DNA of 64,000 bases from Octopus sinensis (taxonomy: Eukaryota). The stretch is taken from NCBI RefSeq assembly GCF_006345805.1, contig NW_021832227.1:186001-250000 (forward strand), written 5' to 3'. Shown here one piece after another: positions 11,007-24,959 of this stretch; within the stretch, counting starts at the first letter, position 1, and each line of letters starts with the position of its first letter. A program made the translations under genes and the position numbers. Under the pieces are notes generated by a model. It had not been told where the DNA came from and made no database searches. It worked only from the letters and a program-made list of their open reading frames with translations.

Positions 11007-11891
11007 CACTCAAACCCCTCTAAACCGATTCCTTGGTATACCGGAATTCCCTTAAAGTCGGATTAAAATTCTGGTTCCGATTCACCTCATAAAACATCAC
11101 TTTTATTTTATCCTTGACATATCGGATCTTTTCTATTCTAAATTCCGGCTGTATTTTGTTGTTCCGACTTAAATTTTATTTTATCATGAACCAGGCTTCT
11201 GACATCAATCTTTGATTTAATAGAACAACGATAGAGATATATACTTCGAACAACTCGACAGAAAATCAAAAACTATAAGAAAAAAACAAAAAGATGGTAG
11301 ATTGTAACTAAACTAAAACGAAAAGATGGTTGCTCCGCAAAGAAATTACGTTGCGAATTGTCTTTAAAAAAGAAAATTCAAATAATAAATGAATCATTAG
11401 ATGTTATCCGGTTGATTAGAATGGCGTATATAGACGTGAAATCAAACACAATTTCCATCTGGTTTAATAAGTGTGTAATTCTAGTCAAAATATACGATAT
11501 AAACGACAATCTTGAAAACAATTTATTGTTCATATCCTTACGAATAGACTAGTTGATAATCCAATGATTGAAAAAGAATTTTTAAATCTAGACTTGGAAC
11601 TATTCACTGAAAATACAAAAGATTGGGAATCATCCCTAGTTGAGCAATACTAAAAGGTCTCAGCGTCAGAAGATAATGACTCAGATTCTGATACGCAAAC
11701 AGAGGCAGAAGATACAGAGAAGTTAACACGCACAAATGTTCAACAAATACTAGACGAAATCTGCCACTTTTTTTGCACTAAAGATTCTCCATTACTCGAT
11801 TTCGTCAACAGACTGATATACAATAATAAATAATAAGCAATTGTTAAATCGAAGCTAAATACGAGGCAATCCTTATTGACAGATTTCTATT
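11007..11891 (+). mobile_element. Internally deleted pogo/Tigger element with 5' TIR
   Basis: TA-CACTCAAACCCCTCTAAACCG TIR-like start; N-terminal LSLKKKIQIINE fused directly to C-terminal AYIDVKSNTISIWFNKC; ends RQSLLTDFY (Q..ITDF-like). Confidence 0.55.
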
Positions 11892-12984
11892 AATTTTACT
11901 TGTTTTCACTTTCTCTTTATTAGTAACTTTAATGACTTGTTCTGAATAATTTTTATCAATATATCGGCCACATTTTTTTTGTTTTCGCCAAATATAAATA
12001 TAAAAGTTAAAGTTAAATCAAATAATTTTTCTGATCGAATTCAAGGTCACAATATTTTTTAAAGTTGGTTAATTGTTCAATCGTTAATAATAGAAAACAA
12101 ATCATTTCAGAAATCGTTCAAAAGTTAAATCTTCCCATCTGCATCTTAATATCGTTTGATTTATTTTTTTCAGCAATACATGTGAATTTATGGACAGTTA
12201 GAAAAGGGAGAAAGATTCTTGAAGACTACGCAGTTTAGGGCGCGCTCCCAGTCTTACGGATTGCGAATCGCTAATAATTGTTTTAAAAGAATCAGTTTTT
12301 TATCAAAAAAAGATAATAGAAAACCGCTAGCACATAATTTTATTTTAATTCGCACATTAACGTTAAAGCCTTGTTTTGAAATTTACTTAATTCGAGTAAA
12401 AACAAACATGGTAATAGTTTAGTATTCGACTCTCATTGACTGTCGTGTTAGAAGCTCCGATCCGGTTTGACGAGTTACTAGAAATCTCATCGCATACGGA
12501 TTCCAAATATGAATAGATTTCTGATAGGATATATCATGAACTTCCTAGTATTTATCAGCCGAACACAAATAAAAAGGAAACTTAAGAGACATGAGAAACT
12601 TATTCATGTCTCAATTTGGAATTAATCAGAATAATTACTTGTTTTCTCTCTTACTCCCAAAAAATTGTGGGAGTGGTACAAGAAAAATCTCAGGCACTGA
12701 AAATGATTAAGATTGTTTCACAAAAATTCTCATTAAGTTATTAAGTGGAAATTCAAAAAGTCATTAAACACTTTCTGTGCGATGTTGGCATAAAATAGCA
12801 AAGGAATGGTAGAATCAGAAATTGGAATCTTCTGAGATATGATAGCCTAAATAAAAAAATTTTGAAAATCTTCAGAATTAGTCCTGAAAATTATTATGAT
12901 TTATTTTTTAATTTAAAATATAAATTAAATTTTTTATAAATAAATATTTAAAATTAACATTCTCAGTCTTGGTTGTGTGTAGAA

Positions 12985-13821
12985 ATGGACTACATGCATG
13001 CTTCTAAAGATGTTGACCCTTCAATGGCAGCACGTGCTGTATGGGTTATGAAGGTCCCCAAATCTCTCTCTCGACTGTGGCGGGAAACCAAAACATCCGA
13101 TGATATTGTCGGAAAAATGACAATAAATAAAACAATGTAACTATATACGATGATCCCAAGGAATCAAGAAAAAACACCAAAAGTTGGATTTATTTCGAGT
13201 CTTCCAGTCAAAAGACAAGCCACTCCTCTAAATAAACAAAAAAATTATAAAATTAATATAATCAAAGTCGAGGACCAACAAACCCAACTCATAATCTCCC
13301 AACAACCAAAGCCCGCCAATGAAACAGCTATTTTGGGGGACGAAATCTTATCGATTGAAGGACACGTGATTCAACGTGGTGATTTTATGGCGGACATTGC
13401 CACAGCTTCCTTAGATTTGTCAAAGTTGGTCCAAACTCGATATTTAGGTACACTACACATTTTAAGCCACAAAAACAGAGCATTCAACTGGAGGGAATTG
13501 TGCGAGATAAAAAAATTATTCCACGGGAAGATGTAAGTTTTGGGGTTAATTTTTGAATAGAAAAATTCTCAGAATATGAGAGGAAGAAAGGACATGAAAG
13601 TGCGGCAGGAAAAGAGTGTGGTCTTGGAAAAGGTCTTTGCTGCCTTTGAAAGTCACCAATACTACACGACCTATGACTTGTCTAATGTGACGGACCAGCC
13701 AATGGGGTATTTGAAAGAGATTTTACAGGAATGTTGTATTTTTAATACTCGCCCTCCACATAAATCAATGTGGGAGTTGAAGCCTGAGTTTAGACATTAT
13801 GGTAGTAAAACTGATGAGTAA
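12985..13821 (+). CDS. GTF2F2: General transcription factor IIF subunit beta (RAP30)
   Basis: AVWVMKVPK N-terminus, LSIEGHVIQRGDF, and winged-helix VFAAFESHQYY...QPMGYLKEIL...WELKPEFRHY; three GT-AG introns. Confidence 0.93.
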
Positions 13822-14039
13822 TTTTTAAATATTTTGTTGTTTTTTTATAGTTGGTAGTATATATTATAAACTATTCGAATGCTAGAATTTGTTTTTAGAG
13901 AGCTCGGGTTATTGCCCAAATTTTGTAGGATGTAAAAAATGATAGTTTAGTTAGTTTTTTGTAGCCGTGACTGCTGAATAATTTTTATTAAAAATGCATT
14001 GTTTGGTAAAATTGAAGTGAATATTTTGTAAAAACCAAT

Positions 14040-15086
14040 TCAACATTCGTTTTTTAATTTAAAATATATATCTTTCACATTCGATGGGGTGTCACTAAGG
14101 TGAATAGAAATCAAGTTTTTGGCATCACATAAATAATCGTATTGTTGGTGAATTGAGAATCCTTTGACGCCTAGCTTCACTATTCCAGCCAACTCACCAC
14201 AAATTCCTAATAATGTCATTAAACGAATTTTAACCGGTTATAGCGACATCTTCAAGATGAATTAATTTTTTGTTTTGACAAACATTTACAATAGCAGTAA
14301 CCGCATCTTTAGACAAGACATAACATGTCCCAGAACAATATGGAGGATAATAATTTAAAGGATACTCTTCATATGAAATGTCCCTTATAATTTGATTTCT
14401 GATAATATAAACCATTTTGAGTTTTCTCTAATAGGAGTAGCCTCTTGATACAAATGGCACATTGTAAACCGACTATTTATCTTGTGGAAATCAGGACCTA
14501 AGAGAAATATTTTCCGTCTTAATTCCTCGATATTAAAAACAATGTCATCGTCAACTTTTACAAAATATTCAAAATTTGGAAAATCACGTATTGCCCATCT
14601 AATAAATGACGCTTAAAAAAACTTTAATGCTTCCATTATTTTTATGGACAAATTAAAGTAAGATTCGACAAAGTCTGCAAAAATCAGATCATTGTGCACG
14701 TCTGATTCTTTTCTCAATGACATATTAATCGGTTTTTCATTTGTACCCATAAAAAATAGCATTTTTGCGTTTGATCGTTCCATTATCTCTTTATTTCCCC
14801 ATGATTCTCTTATTGCTCGTCTTCTTGCTACATTTTTGGGATCTTTTACAAAACGTTAGCTTTGCCAAATTACCAGATATAATAACGACGAGAATTGATG
14901 TATTATTTTTGTTTCTCATATTTTCCAAATCTTTATAGCTAATTTTTTTAGTTTCGTATTTTCTACAATCTAAGCCAGAAACTTCATTTTTCAACAATAG
15001 ATACGTGGAAATGATTAACTACATTTTCAACAAATAAATACAGTTCCAATTATTATAATCTGCTGATATTTTCTCTTTCGAATCAT
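14040..15086 (-). CDS. GT31 beta-1,3-galactosyl/GlcNAc-transferase (type II membrane protein)
   Basis: Spliced reading gives an N-terminal TM anchor, RRAIRESWG, DFVESYFNLSIK, KVDDD, YPPYCSG.CYVLS and LEDVAITG; TGA at 14040-14042. Confidence 0.9.
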
Positions 15087-15129
15087 TAAATCGTTTATTA
15101 GCGGTTAGAGCATATTTATTAGTGGAACA

Positions 15130-15350
15130 AACCGCGTTAAAATCGAGAAAACTCAAGAACGCTTTCGAAAAGCACTACAAGGACCGGATGAACATCTACT
15201 CATCGCCCCATTTGATGAAATCTTGGGAAGAAACCTCGGGGCTACAGGCCCTAAAACACCACCACCGCGCCCTCACAGAAATTGTGCCGGGACAAGGGAG
15301 GAGCACCGGGCAAAGTTGAGGACCCTCCTCAGAGAAGCCGGGATCACCTG
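15130..15350 (+). other. Unassigned GC-rich island, probably a mobile-element fragment
   Basis: Sharp GC rise in AT-rich DNA with intronless reading frames; no family recognised. Confidence 0.3.
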
Positions 15351-15686
15351 ATTAATTAGTTTTATGTTTTGGACGGTGATCTTGGTTCTAATAATAATAA
15401 TAACATATTTATTAACCAAAAATTTTTTGCGGTTCACAAAAATCGCGAAATTTGGTATATATTATTAAATACTAGTTTTTAAAAATTTTAGTAACGATTC
15501 TAAAAGTAGACTGTTATGGTATTCTCGCCAGTAGACTGTTTTGGTATTTTCCAATGACTCAATAAAATCTAATCTATGTTTCTCTACTGACTAAATGCAG
15601 TCCTTTTTTAAGAGTCATTAAGTCGATTTATTACTAACAAAATATTAAAAAGTTAACTCGAGTTTATAAAGAGGCTGGAGGTCAGC

Positions 15687-15900
15687 TCAACGACGTATCG
15701 AGTAGCAGTTTCCGCGGAGCACCGCGACCAATATTCGCTGGAAGAGCCAGCTCGTCTCCCTCCGGTCGTTGGTCTTCCTGGCAGTCATCCTGGCAATGTC
15801 GGTAAGAAGGCGAGTCACTGACCTGCCGACGATTCCGGATGTTTCGAAGGCGAGGGGGACAAACTCGTAAGAGTCCGAAATACTTCCATATTTCGTCCAA
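15687..15900 (-). mobile_element. Short 3' end of a CRE-clade retrotransposon
   Basis: FVPLAFETSGIVG...KTNDRRETSWLFQRILVAVLRGNCYSIRR is nearly identical to the C-terminus of the 45656 ORF and shares its AGCTGACC 3' UTR start. Confidence 0.9.
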
Positions 15901-16058
15901 AATGCAGTCCTTATTTGAAAAATAAACAAAAATAAACAAAATATAAATGCAACAATTAAAAAAATAGAATTCTATAAAGATAAATTCAGTCGCCAATAGT
16001 CACCACTTGCCCTCAGTGAATTTTAAAAAGTCCAATGTTACATCAATGTATTCCTAGA

Positions 16059-16843
16059 CTAATTTAAAAAAGAAACCCTTTTTTGAATACTTGAAAGATT
16101 CTTCCAAAAACGTGAACACTTCTTTAAAGACAGAAAAGGTGAAATTGGCAGATTGACATAATAAAAGAGAGTCAACCCATACATTTCCAACACATCAACA
16201 AAACCAAACATCTCTAAAGACAACATTTCAGTCAAAATTTGATGCCGAACTTTTCTTTGATCTCCATTCAAAATACTACGCCTGACTGATATTCAATAAA
16301 AAAAGCGCCAAAACAAACCGAGATGAAAATTTCCAGCAGAAATCATCTCCGACTCCCATTTCCGAACCAAAGAAGAGGAATTGAGTGAATACTGAGAGAC
16401 AACTCGGTAGTAACCAGTTTTTTGAGAAGAACTGAGATCTTTGAACATATTCATTGCTGACTTGAAACAGGTCTAAACTCAAAATGACTAAAAATACATC
16501 TGGTTTGTATGAAAGCAAATCCTGGGAAAATATTTTTACAGAATTGGGAAAATCGTTTGGAATTTTGTGCTCTTTTTGGAGATTTCTGATGATTTTTTTG
16601 CAGTTTTTCTCAATGATTTGTTTGGGTCTGAACAAGACTGGTTTACTTTTGATTAAAATGTGATTTTGAGTTAAATTATTAAAATAACTATTCGTATATT
16701 GCTATAAATATTCATTATTTTTGGACCAATTTTGCTGAATCGACAAGTTGGCAGGTCTGAGTAAAAGATACAAAATCTGGCGGAGATGATATTTTAGGGA
16801 CTAAAAATTAAAAAATAAATTGACATTTAATTTCTCCAAACAT
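16059..16843 (-). CDS. HMG-box protein, TFAM-like (5' end uncertain, may extend to about 17010)
   Basis: Spliced reading gives KIPNDFPNSVKIFSQD...MFKDLSSSQKTGYY...RKWESEMISAGNFHLVRRSI, resembling TFAM HMG2 plus its tail (WEEQMIEVG..DLLRRTI). Confidence 0.5.
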
Positions 16844-17180
16844 TTTTCGAAGGCAATATTGGTAATATTTATCATATATATGTTTTTCAGCTGTATCGAG
16901 TTTCCATCTTTTACCTGATCTAAATATGAATGTTGAAAAATTAGAAATCCCGGTTAATCTTAATTAAAGTTAATTTCAAAATGAGCAAACTACAATAACA
17001 TGAATCATCTTCCAAATTTTAAATTATTTTTTAAACAATTAAATTAAAATATAATTAAATAATTAAAACTCACAGAAATTATATTCCAATTACATTTCCT
17101 GCTATTACTAAGTAATTAGTAAATTTCTTTTTTTTACAATTTTTAACAAGTTCGAGTGTTAATTAAGTGAATTTATGATG

Positions 17181-18061
17181 TTAATTCTTTAATTGAGAGG
17201 ACGCGCCAATAGATAGGCAGTTTTCGCGCAATATCGCAAGCGAAATGCGCTGAAAAAGCCAGCTAGACTCACTTCTCTTGTGACTTTTCTTCGAGATCAT
17301 CAAACCGATTTCTAAAAGGAACCCCAGGGCTTTCGGGCCGATTATCCCACTCGTCTCGAAAGCCAGGGGGACGAAAAGGCAGGTGTTCTCCAATGAGGCG
17401 TACTTTGCGATTTTTTTCGTTTCGGCATGTGCGGAAGCTGAGCCAGGGCGGGACGCGGAGTCGATGAGAGATGACGAGGAAAACGAGTCGACACAGGTCA
17501 CGTCCCAAACGAGAGCGAGTCCCCCCTTGAACGGGAATAGCGGGGACCCATCGGGACGTTTTCCGTCACCACGGTCTAACCCAACCGGCTCCAGGACCAA
17601 AGGAAATCCTGCGGCGTTGAGCGCGCGCTTAACAATATCGTTTAAGGTGGCATGTCTGGGTATACGGCCGGCACTGAGGCGACAAGAGAGGGGGTGTAGC
17701 CCTCTCCTGTCAATGGCTTTAGGCAGATATCTTCGAGTGTATAAGAACAATGTATCTCATCCCAGTTCTTTTGAACTGAGGGGACGTCCGGGATTTCAAG
17801 CCCACGAGAAATCCACATGTTGACACCTGCCGCATATTCCGACAACTCGGGCTGTTCAGAGAAGGGGTAGAGAACAGAGTTGACAAAACTAGCGGAAGCA
17901 GACAACGAGGAAAGGTAACATGGGAAGAATAAATCTCCACAAGAACGAATGCCGATGCCCCCGTAACGAATAGGTAAATTAACCCGTCGCATGTCTGAAG
18001 GTTTGAATTTGATATTTACGAGGAGCTCAAGAGTTTTGGAGACCATGTTGTCGAGACGGTA
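17181..18061 (-). mobile_element. CRE-clade 3' fragment (duplicate of 363-1243)
   Basis: All overlapping ORFs translate identically to copy 1. Confidence 0.9.
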
Positions 18062-18194
18062 AATTTCTTAGATTTAATAAAGAAAAAATCTAATAATTAT
18101 TTAAATTAAACGTATTTATTCGTTTAATTAAATTCTATTCTAAAATAAAAATTTTTTATTTCATCATCATATTACACGTGCATTTAATCCACCA

Positions 18195-21100
18195 ATGAAC
18201 GGTTCTACTATTTTTTCGCGTTTGTCAAAAGATGTATTTCCTCAAAGTTATCAACTCTCATTAAAAATTGACACTGAAAAAGATGTTTTTACAGGCAATG
18301 TCACGATCGCAGTGACGGTAAATATTTAAATATAAACAATTTTGACAGATTATTGCTTTAGACACTCCACAAATAATGCTCCACTCAAATTGCCTTGATA
18401 TTCAACAAGTTTTAGTAAATCAAGGTAATTAGAAAAATCCAATTTCAGATAATGAAATTGACGTTTCGGTCAAATTTTCTGTTAATGAAGAATCTCAGAT
18501 ACTTACAATAAATTGCCCACAACTAGTAAAATATATTCAATATAATAGAAAATTGGACGTGCTCAAATCAAAATTAAATACAACGGGCAAGTAAATAAGC
18601 AATTATTTGGGTTGTACCGAACTACGTACAAGTACGAAGGAAGAACAATTCGAGGTGTGGCTACCGATTTTGAGGCAAGTTGAGGATTGACAGTTCATTA
18701 GACCACAAATGCTAGAATGGCTCTCCCATGTTTTGATGAGCCAGAATTCAAAGCAGTTTTTACTCTGTCAATTATAACTCGAAAAAACCAGACTGTTCTC
18801 TCAAATACGGTTTTTTAATATTTATACTAATTTTTAAGGATATTTGTAAAACGGAGACTTGGCTAAATGAAAATAATGACGATTTTGTGATGACTTCATT
18901 CGAACCTACACCTCCCATGTCGACAAACCTGCTTGCGATTGTTGTGGGAGAATACGACTATATTGAGGACTTTTCATCCAGTGGAGTTAAAGTCAGGGTT
19001 TATACTGGCCCCGGAAGGCAAGAGGAGGGTCGATTTGCTTTGAAAGTGATCATTTTCAGACATTTTAGATCGCTTGTCGTGCAATTGACTTTTATACTGA
19101 TTTTTTTAAATATCCTTGCGTGATGAAGAAATGTGACTTGATTGCCGTGGCCGACTTTGCTTTTTGTTTGTTTTTTGTACTTTAACCTTTCAGCCGCAAT
19201 GGAGAACTGGGGGTTGGTGATTTTCCGTGAAACAGCACTTTTGGCCACGGAAGGGATTTCCTCGACGAATATCCTCAACCGAGTGGCCGTCGTTGTAGCC
19301 CACGAGATTGCCCATACGTGGTTCGGGAATTTGGTTACAATGGACTGGTGGACTTATTTGTGGCTCAACGAGGGATTTGCCACATGGATTTCATATTTGT
19401 GTGTTGACAATATTTTCCCCGAGTACGACATTTGGTCTCAATTCCAAATAAACGAGATCTCCGTGGCAATGAATTTGGATTCCTTGCAAAGCAGTCACCC
19501 AATCGAGATCGAAATTGGAGCTCCTTCAGAGGCAGATGAGATATTTGACAAAATATCATACGCCAAAGGATCTTCCATAATAAGCTATCTCTACGAGTAT
19601 ATTGGCGACACGGTAAATCACGGAATTCCGTAGTTTTAGAAATTCCGTGAAGGAATGAGATTGTATATATCTCGACATGAGTTTGGAAACACAACATCCT
19701 CTGATTTGTGGACTGCATTGCAACAAGTGACTTGTGTGGATATCGGGGAAATTATGCGCTGTTGGATATCCCGGAAAGGATTTCCGTACCTTACGGTTGT
19801 CCCTCAATTTTCACGATAGGTTTCCCAACTTTCGACCACCGACAGTAACTCAGAATCAGTTTATAGAGCAGAATCAGTGTATTAGAGGAAATGGTTTTTA
19901 GCAGTTTTTTTTATATTAGACGAGTCGTTTTTATGGAAGGTCCCGTATAATTTAATCCAGGAATCATTCCCGACCAATCCGTCCAAATTTTTTTTGAAAG
20001 ACAAAAAGGAAATAATTACGATCAAATCAAGTAGAGACGAATGGATTAAAGTAATAAAAATGTTGTATTTTTAGTTCAACGCTGGAAATGGGGGGTTTTA
20101 TCGAGTTAAGTACGTCGGGGCACTGAAGGATCTTATAATCAGTGCCTCGTCGAATTTGTCGGTAAGGGACAGAGTTGGACTTTTGACGGACTTTTTGTTT
20201 TTGGTTTGTATACTAATGGAATTATGACATTAGGCTAACATTGGAGAAATGTCTTTGGTTGATGGACTTGGACTCTGTTGGAATCTCCGCAATACGACAA
20301 ACTATAATATTTGGCTGAGCATATATAATATCATATCGATTGTTGGTTTGTTTGTTCAAGACACTGAATCTTGTAATCCATTTCGGGAATTCGTGGTACA
20401 ACTGGTTAAAGTACCATATGAAAGTGTTGGATGGACGGTTGTTAAGAGCGAAGGGATTTTTAAGCAGAGTAAAAACTCTAGATTGCTCAATTTCTATGTT
20501 GAGGACACTCATATTTGGAATTCTGGCCAAATTTGGTCCAATTGAATTCCAAAATCGTTGTCGAGATGCATTTAACTGGATTGTTGAAGGAATACCAGTC
20601 CATGCGGATCTTCAGACTGCAATTTTGCAGTCAGTATTACTGAATGGAACAGACCGATTTGACGATTTGAACAAAATCCTCACGTGCTATAGAAACGCTG
20701 AACTTGGCGAAGAAAAAGCCCGTATTTTGTCGTGTTTAGGATTCGTACAAGACAGAGAACTTGTTGATTATGTTTTGAAATTTGCTGAATCCGTATATTT
20801 ATGTATTTTTACTGTAACAGGAAGAGGTTAAGGGACAAGATTATTTCTACGTTTTTTCTGGGTTTTCAGCGACGAAATGGAGTTCTTGGATTGTCTGGGA
20901 ATATTACAAAGCAAATTACGACAAAATATCAGAGAAAGTGACTTCTACCAAACTAATAACCAACATTTTACAGGTAAATTTGAGTATTTTTATTTAAAGT
21001 TTGTGACTGCGCAGTTTAATACTGCAGGGGAAATTGAGGATATGAAGGTTTTGAGGGTTTTTATTTATGATTAGAAATTTTTCTCGAGTTTTAACACGAA

Positions 21101-21209
21101 AATTATTGAGATGGCTGTGAGTCAGAATATTGAATGGGCAGAAGTAAGAAAATGTGTTTGTGAAGAAAACTACGGTTCTGTCAATGACTATTTGACACAG
21201 TTTAATTAA
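18195..21209 (+). CDS. NPEPPS: M1 aminopeptidase, copy 2
   Basis: Same exon structure as 1377-4391 with few substitutions (e.g. Y>N in MSTY). Confidence 0.88.
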
Positions 21210-22184
21210 CTTTGTTTCTTTATCGGTTTCATTTTTGTTGATAAAATGTGATTTTGTGTATTTATATTGTTAAATATGTTTAGAAAAAATATGTTATTTG
21301 ACCTTGAGACTTGTTAATTACATTTTAATTGGTTAATAAATTCCGATGAGTAAACACGACAGTAATATTAAATAGACTTGAATCAATTTTTGTTGGAATT
21401 TTACATTTATATGACAGCAAATTTTTGCTGTCGACAATAAAAGTTGAATGCTTTCCTGAATCAAGTTCATCAAAGACGTTGAAATTCTCAATAGTCTGAG
21501 AGGACTCCTGGTCCATTTTAATTCCGCCCAACATTCTTATTAGTGGTCATTCTTATTACTGGAGTGTTACGCAAATATTTTTTCTAGTATCGAGGAATGT
21601 TAAAATCTCATAATTCGTTCACAGAAGAATCAAAAATTATTATATTTTAGTAAATAAATTCGCCAAATCTTTTGAGTTTGATTTCTTCGGCGTCGTAAGA
21701 GCGACTATCAAGTTCGTAGTTTTTAAATTTTTGAACAAACAATGAATATTTATTCATCAAAAAGAGTGTATTTTCTCTATTTTGAGTTGAGATGGGCACA
21801 AAATAGAAAGATAAAAATAAAAATAGCAGAAGCATACTCAACACGTCAGCAAATGTTGTAAGAGTTGCGCAATAACATTTATATGAAAAGAACTGGTTTC
21901 TGAGATTTCCGATAAAGATTCCTTGTTTATTATATATTGAAAATGATCACAAAAGTGACTTTATTTAGCAAAAGATTATTTTAAAGACACATAAATAAGC
22001 AGAAATCATGCCATTTAGTTGCCTTATTGTTTTAATCCAATTAAAAATAAAACCTGTTATCAGTTTTTTAGTTTTGATTTTTTAAAATCTATTTAATAAC
22101 TAAAACAATTTTAAATAAATAAACACGATAATATTTGATTTACGTGATTTTTACGTGTTACCAATGCATTTAAAAATTATAGAA

Positions 22185-24699
22185 ATGTCAATCTCACGAA
22201 ATAATCAAACCTATGAAATAAACTCCGATCAAAAATATCGCATTTTCGTTAACTTACTGGACGATTCAACTGTAAGTCTAGACATTCACAATCACACATT
22301 GGGACTAAATATCCTCGAGAGTGTGTGTCGTCATATTGGAATTCCAACTGTATATATATTGAATAAATTCAAGACAATTTATTTTTCATTCCGATTTCTG
22401 GACAAGGATGGCCAATCTCGTTTCATTAGATTAGACAAACCTGTTATAAAACAGCTTAAAACGAGCCTCAGTCCTCAAAAAATAATTTTTTCAGTCTTTT
22501 ATTACTCGATCCAAACAGTTTTTGAACAGCCTTTCTTGTTAAATTATTTTGATTATTTTAGTGACCAATTTTTCCTCCAATTAAACCGGAACTACTTAAA
22601 ATGCAACTTGGGACTAGAAAAATCAGAAATAACTTTTCTTACGAGTTGTTTAGTCCACAGTTTGTGATTTGACTGAATTTACTAACAGAAATTAGTTTTC
22701 CTAGCCACAAATCCCTCCTATGAGCTCAAGGACTCGTTGATTGTTTCATTTCTGCCAAATTTCCTCAAAAAATATTCACATTATTTTTATATTTCTCGAG
22801 TCATCAACGAACTTTCTTTAATTTCTAAAATGTCATTAAAGGATGTCAAAAAATCGTTTATGGAAACAATGGTCAGCCTTCCTCACTACGGGACTGAATT
22901 TTTTCCTGCCAAAATTAATGTGGAGTTTATTGATATCATTCTTAATAGGACAGATTGGTCTCACTAGGCATATCAAGTGAGCACGTGGTATTGTGTAGTA
23001 ATTCTCATTCAAAATCATTCAAGTGTGACATTTTTTAATCATTTTAGATGGGCGGGAATTTCGTGTGTTAAAAATTTAGGACATTCAGTTGTTTTTTACA
23101 TGCATGATTCCACAATAACGTTTATTTTTGTATGTTTTTTTGCTAATTTAAAGGCCTCTCAAAGCTTAGCAAAGTACATTGGCTGGCTCTCAGCAGCAAT
23201 CGGTCGATTTCAGATTTAGTAAGTATTTTATTTTTTATTTTTATATAGCGATTGTTTTTACATTTCCAATGGAATAGTTTCTGAGAAGTATTTTATGGGA
23301 TTTATACTTTTAGAATCCCCGAAAACTGTTGTAATATCAATTCTCCAAAAGTTGATAAGCCTCGGAACAGTTTTAAAGACAGTCGTGAAAATTTGGCGGA
23401 AAAGTAATTTTTATAATCACCGAAAGTCCGTCGGGACCAGAAAATCGACAATTTATAACTTCATCTTTGAAAAAATTGAAATCGATGGGCAAAAATATTT
23501 TAAAAAAATCAAATACAAGCATAAATCAGCTTACTTTGAAGAAGTCTCGGGATTTGCCTCATCCCTTTGTTCAGTCTTACAGTTTTGAAGGAAGTTTAAA
23601 ACCGCCTCCCGTCGATTCAGACTCCGAGCAACTTGAAAATACCGTTTTTAGTATAAAATTTATTTTAGTCCCATTTGTCGATCTGGGGGCCTTTTACAGC
23701 CAGTGTTTTGTGTGGTATGGCCTGGAATCCTCCAATTGATATTAAAAAACTTACATGTGAAGGAATCCTCCCCCAAACACAGGTTTTTTCAAGTTTGACT
23801 AATTTTTGCGTAGAAAATTGGCTGTGTGGCCAAAAAACGTTATAAGCCTCGAGCAACTGAATTTCTTTCGATTTACCCACAACTGGCGACCATTTTTCGG
23901 GATGCCAAAAAGCGGGAGAACGAAGGTCTGAATAACGACCCTCGTGTACTGCCATACGACCACAATCACGTGGAAGTGCCCTGGAGTCAGCGGAACCCGG
24001 GTGGATACCAAAATGCCTCGTTTGTACGTTTGAGTGTCCAAAATGTGGTTCTTGATTTTATCGTGGCCCAAAACCCCAAATTTCCTAACGATTTTTGGAA
24101 TATGGTTTGGCGTGAGAAGGTCGGTCTTATAATGTGTCTCGATGATGGTCAGATGGATTATATCCCATCGCTAAAGAACTCCGAATTTGATATCGTACTA
24201 ATATACTGTGCATGATAGGTATCTGTGACTTTGAGACATCAATATGACTGGAAGAGCTGTTTGGCACGTCAACTTGCTGTTGAGGTTGAAGGACAGTTTC
24301 GTACTGTTTGGCAGCTTGTATTTCATGATTGGTCTCCGAATGGGACTCCTGCGTCACTTGACCAATATCTTGGTGCAATTTATTGTGATATGATTAGATT
24401 TTATGGACGAGGTTGACTCTCTAAGGGAGGCTCAGTCTGGGAAGGATTTGAGTGGAGTTCTAGTACACTGTTCCAATGGAGCTGGGAAATCTGGACTGCA
24501 CGTATTTTTGGAATTTTGTAAAATATTCATTGACAATTCCTTGGTTTATTTCCTCATTAAAATTGTACAGGAAGTGGACTATATGTCTATTTTACATTGC
24601 ATAAGAAAGCAACGCATGATGGCTGTCACATCTCTGGCTCAATATTTGTTCGCAATTGATTTTGTCGATAACTATCAACTTAAATCATTCTGTGTTTGA
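22185..24699 (+). CDS. FERM-PTP (PTPN14/21-like), copy 2
   Basis: Same structure as 5383-7897; same HCSNGAGKSG motif. Confidence 0.85.
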
Positions 24700-24959
24700 A
24701 TAATTAGTTATTTGTTACTTCCTATGCTAAATCATGCCTAGTGGTACATGTAGTGTATTTAAATTATAAAAAATTTATTTGCGAAAATATGTGAGAAACG
24801 CTCATCTTATTTTGTGGGATTGTATAAGACCAAAATACCACAAAAATATTCAAAAACCACCAATTTATCGGATTAAACAGCAATAAAAACAGTCAAAATC
24901 TATCACCAATGTATAAACAAATATAAATCAGGAGAATGTAGTCGCTCAATGGGCCAAAT

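Noticed and set aside
12586-12612. Perfect 9-bp hairpin GAGACATGA/TCATGTCTC (Helitron end or terminator?)
   Set aside because: No CTRR end downstream; isolated and AT-rich.
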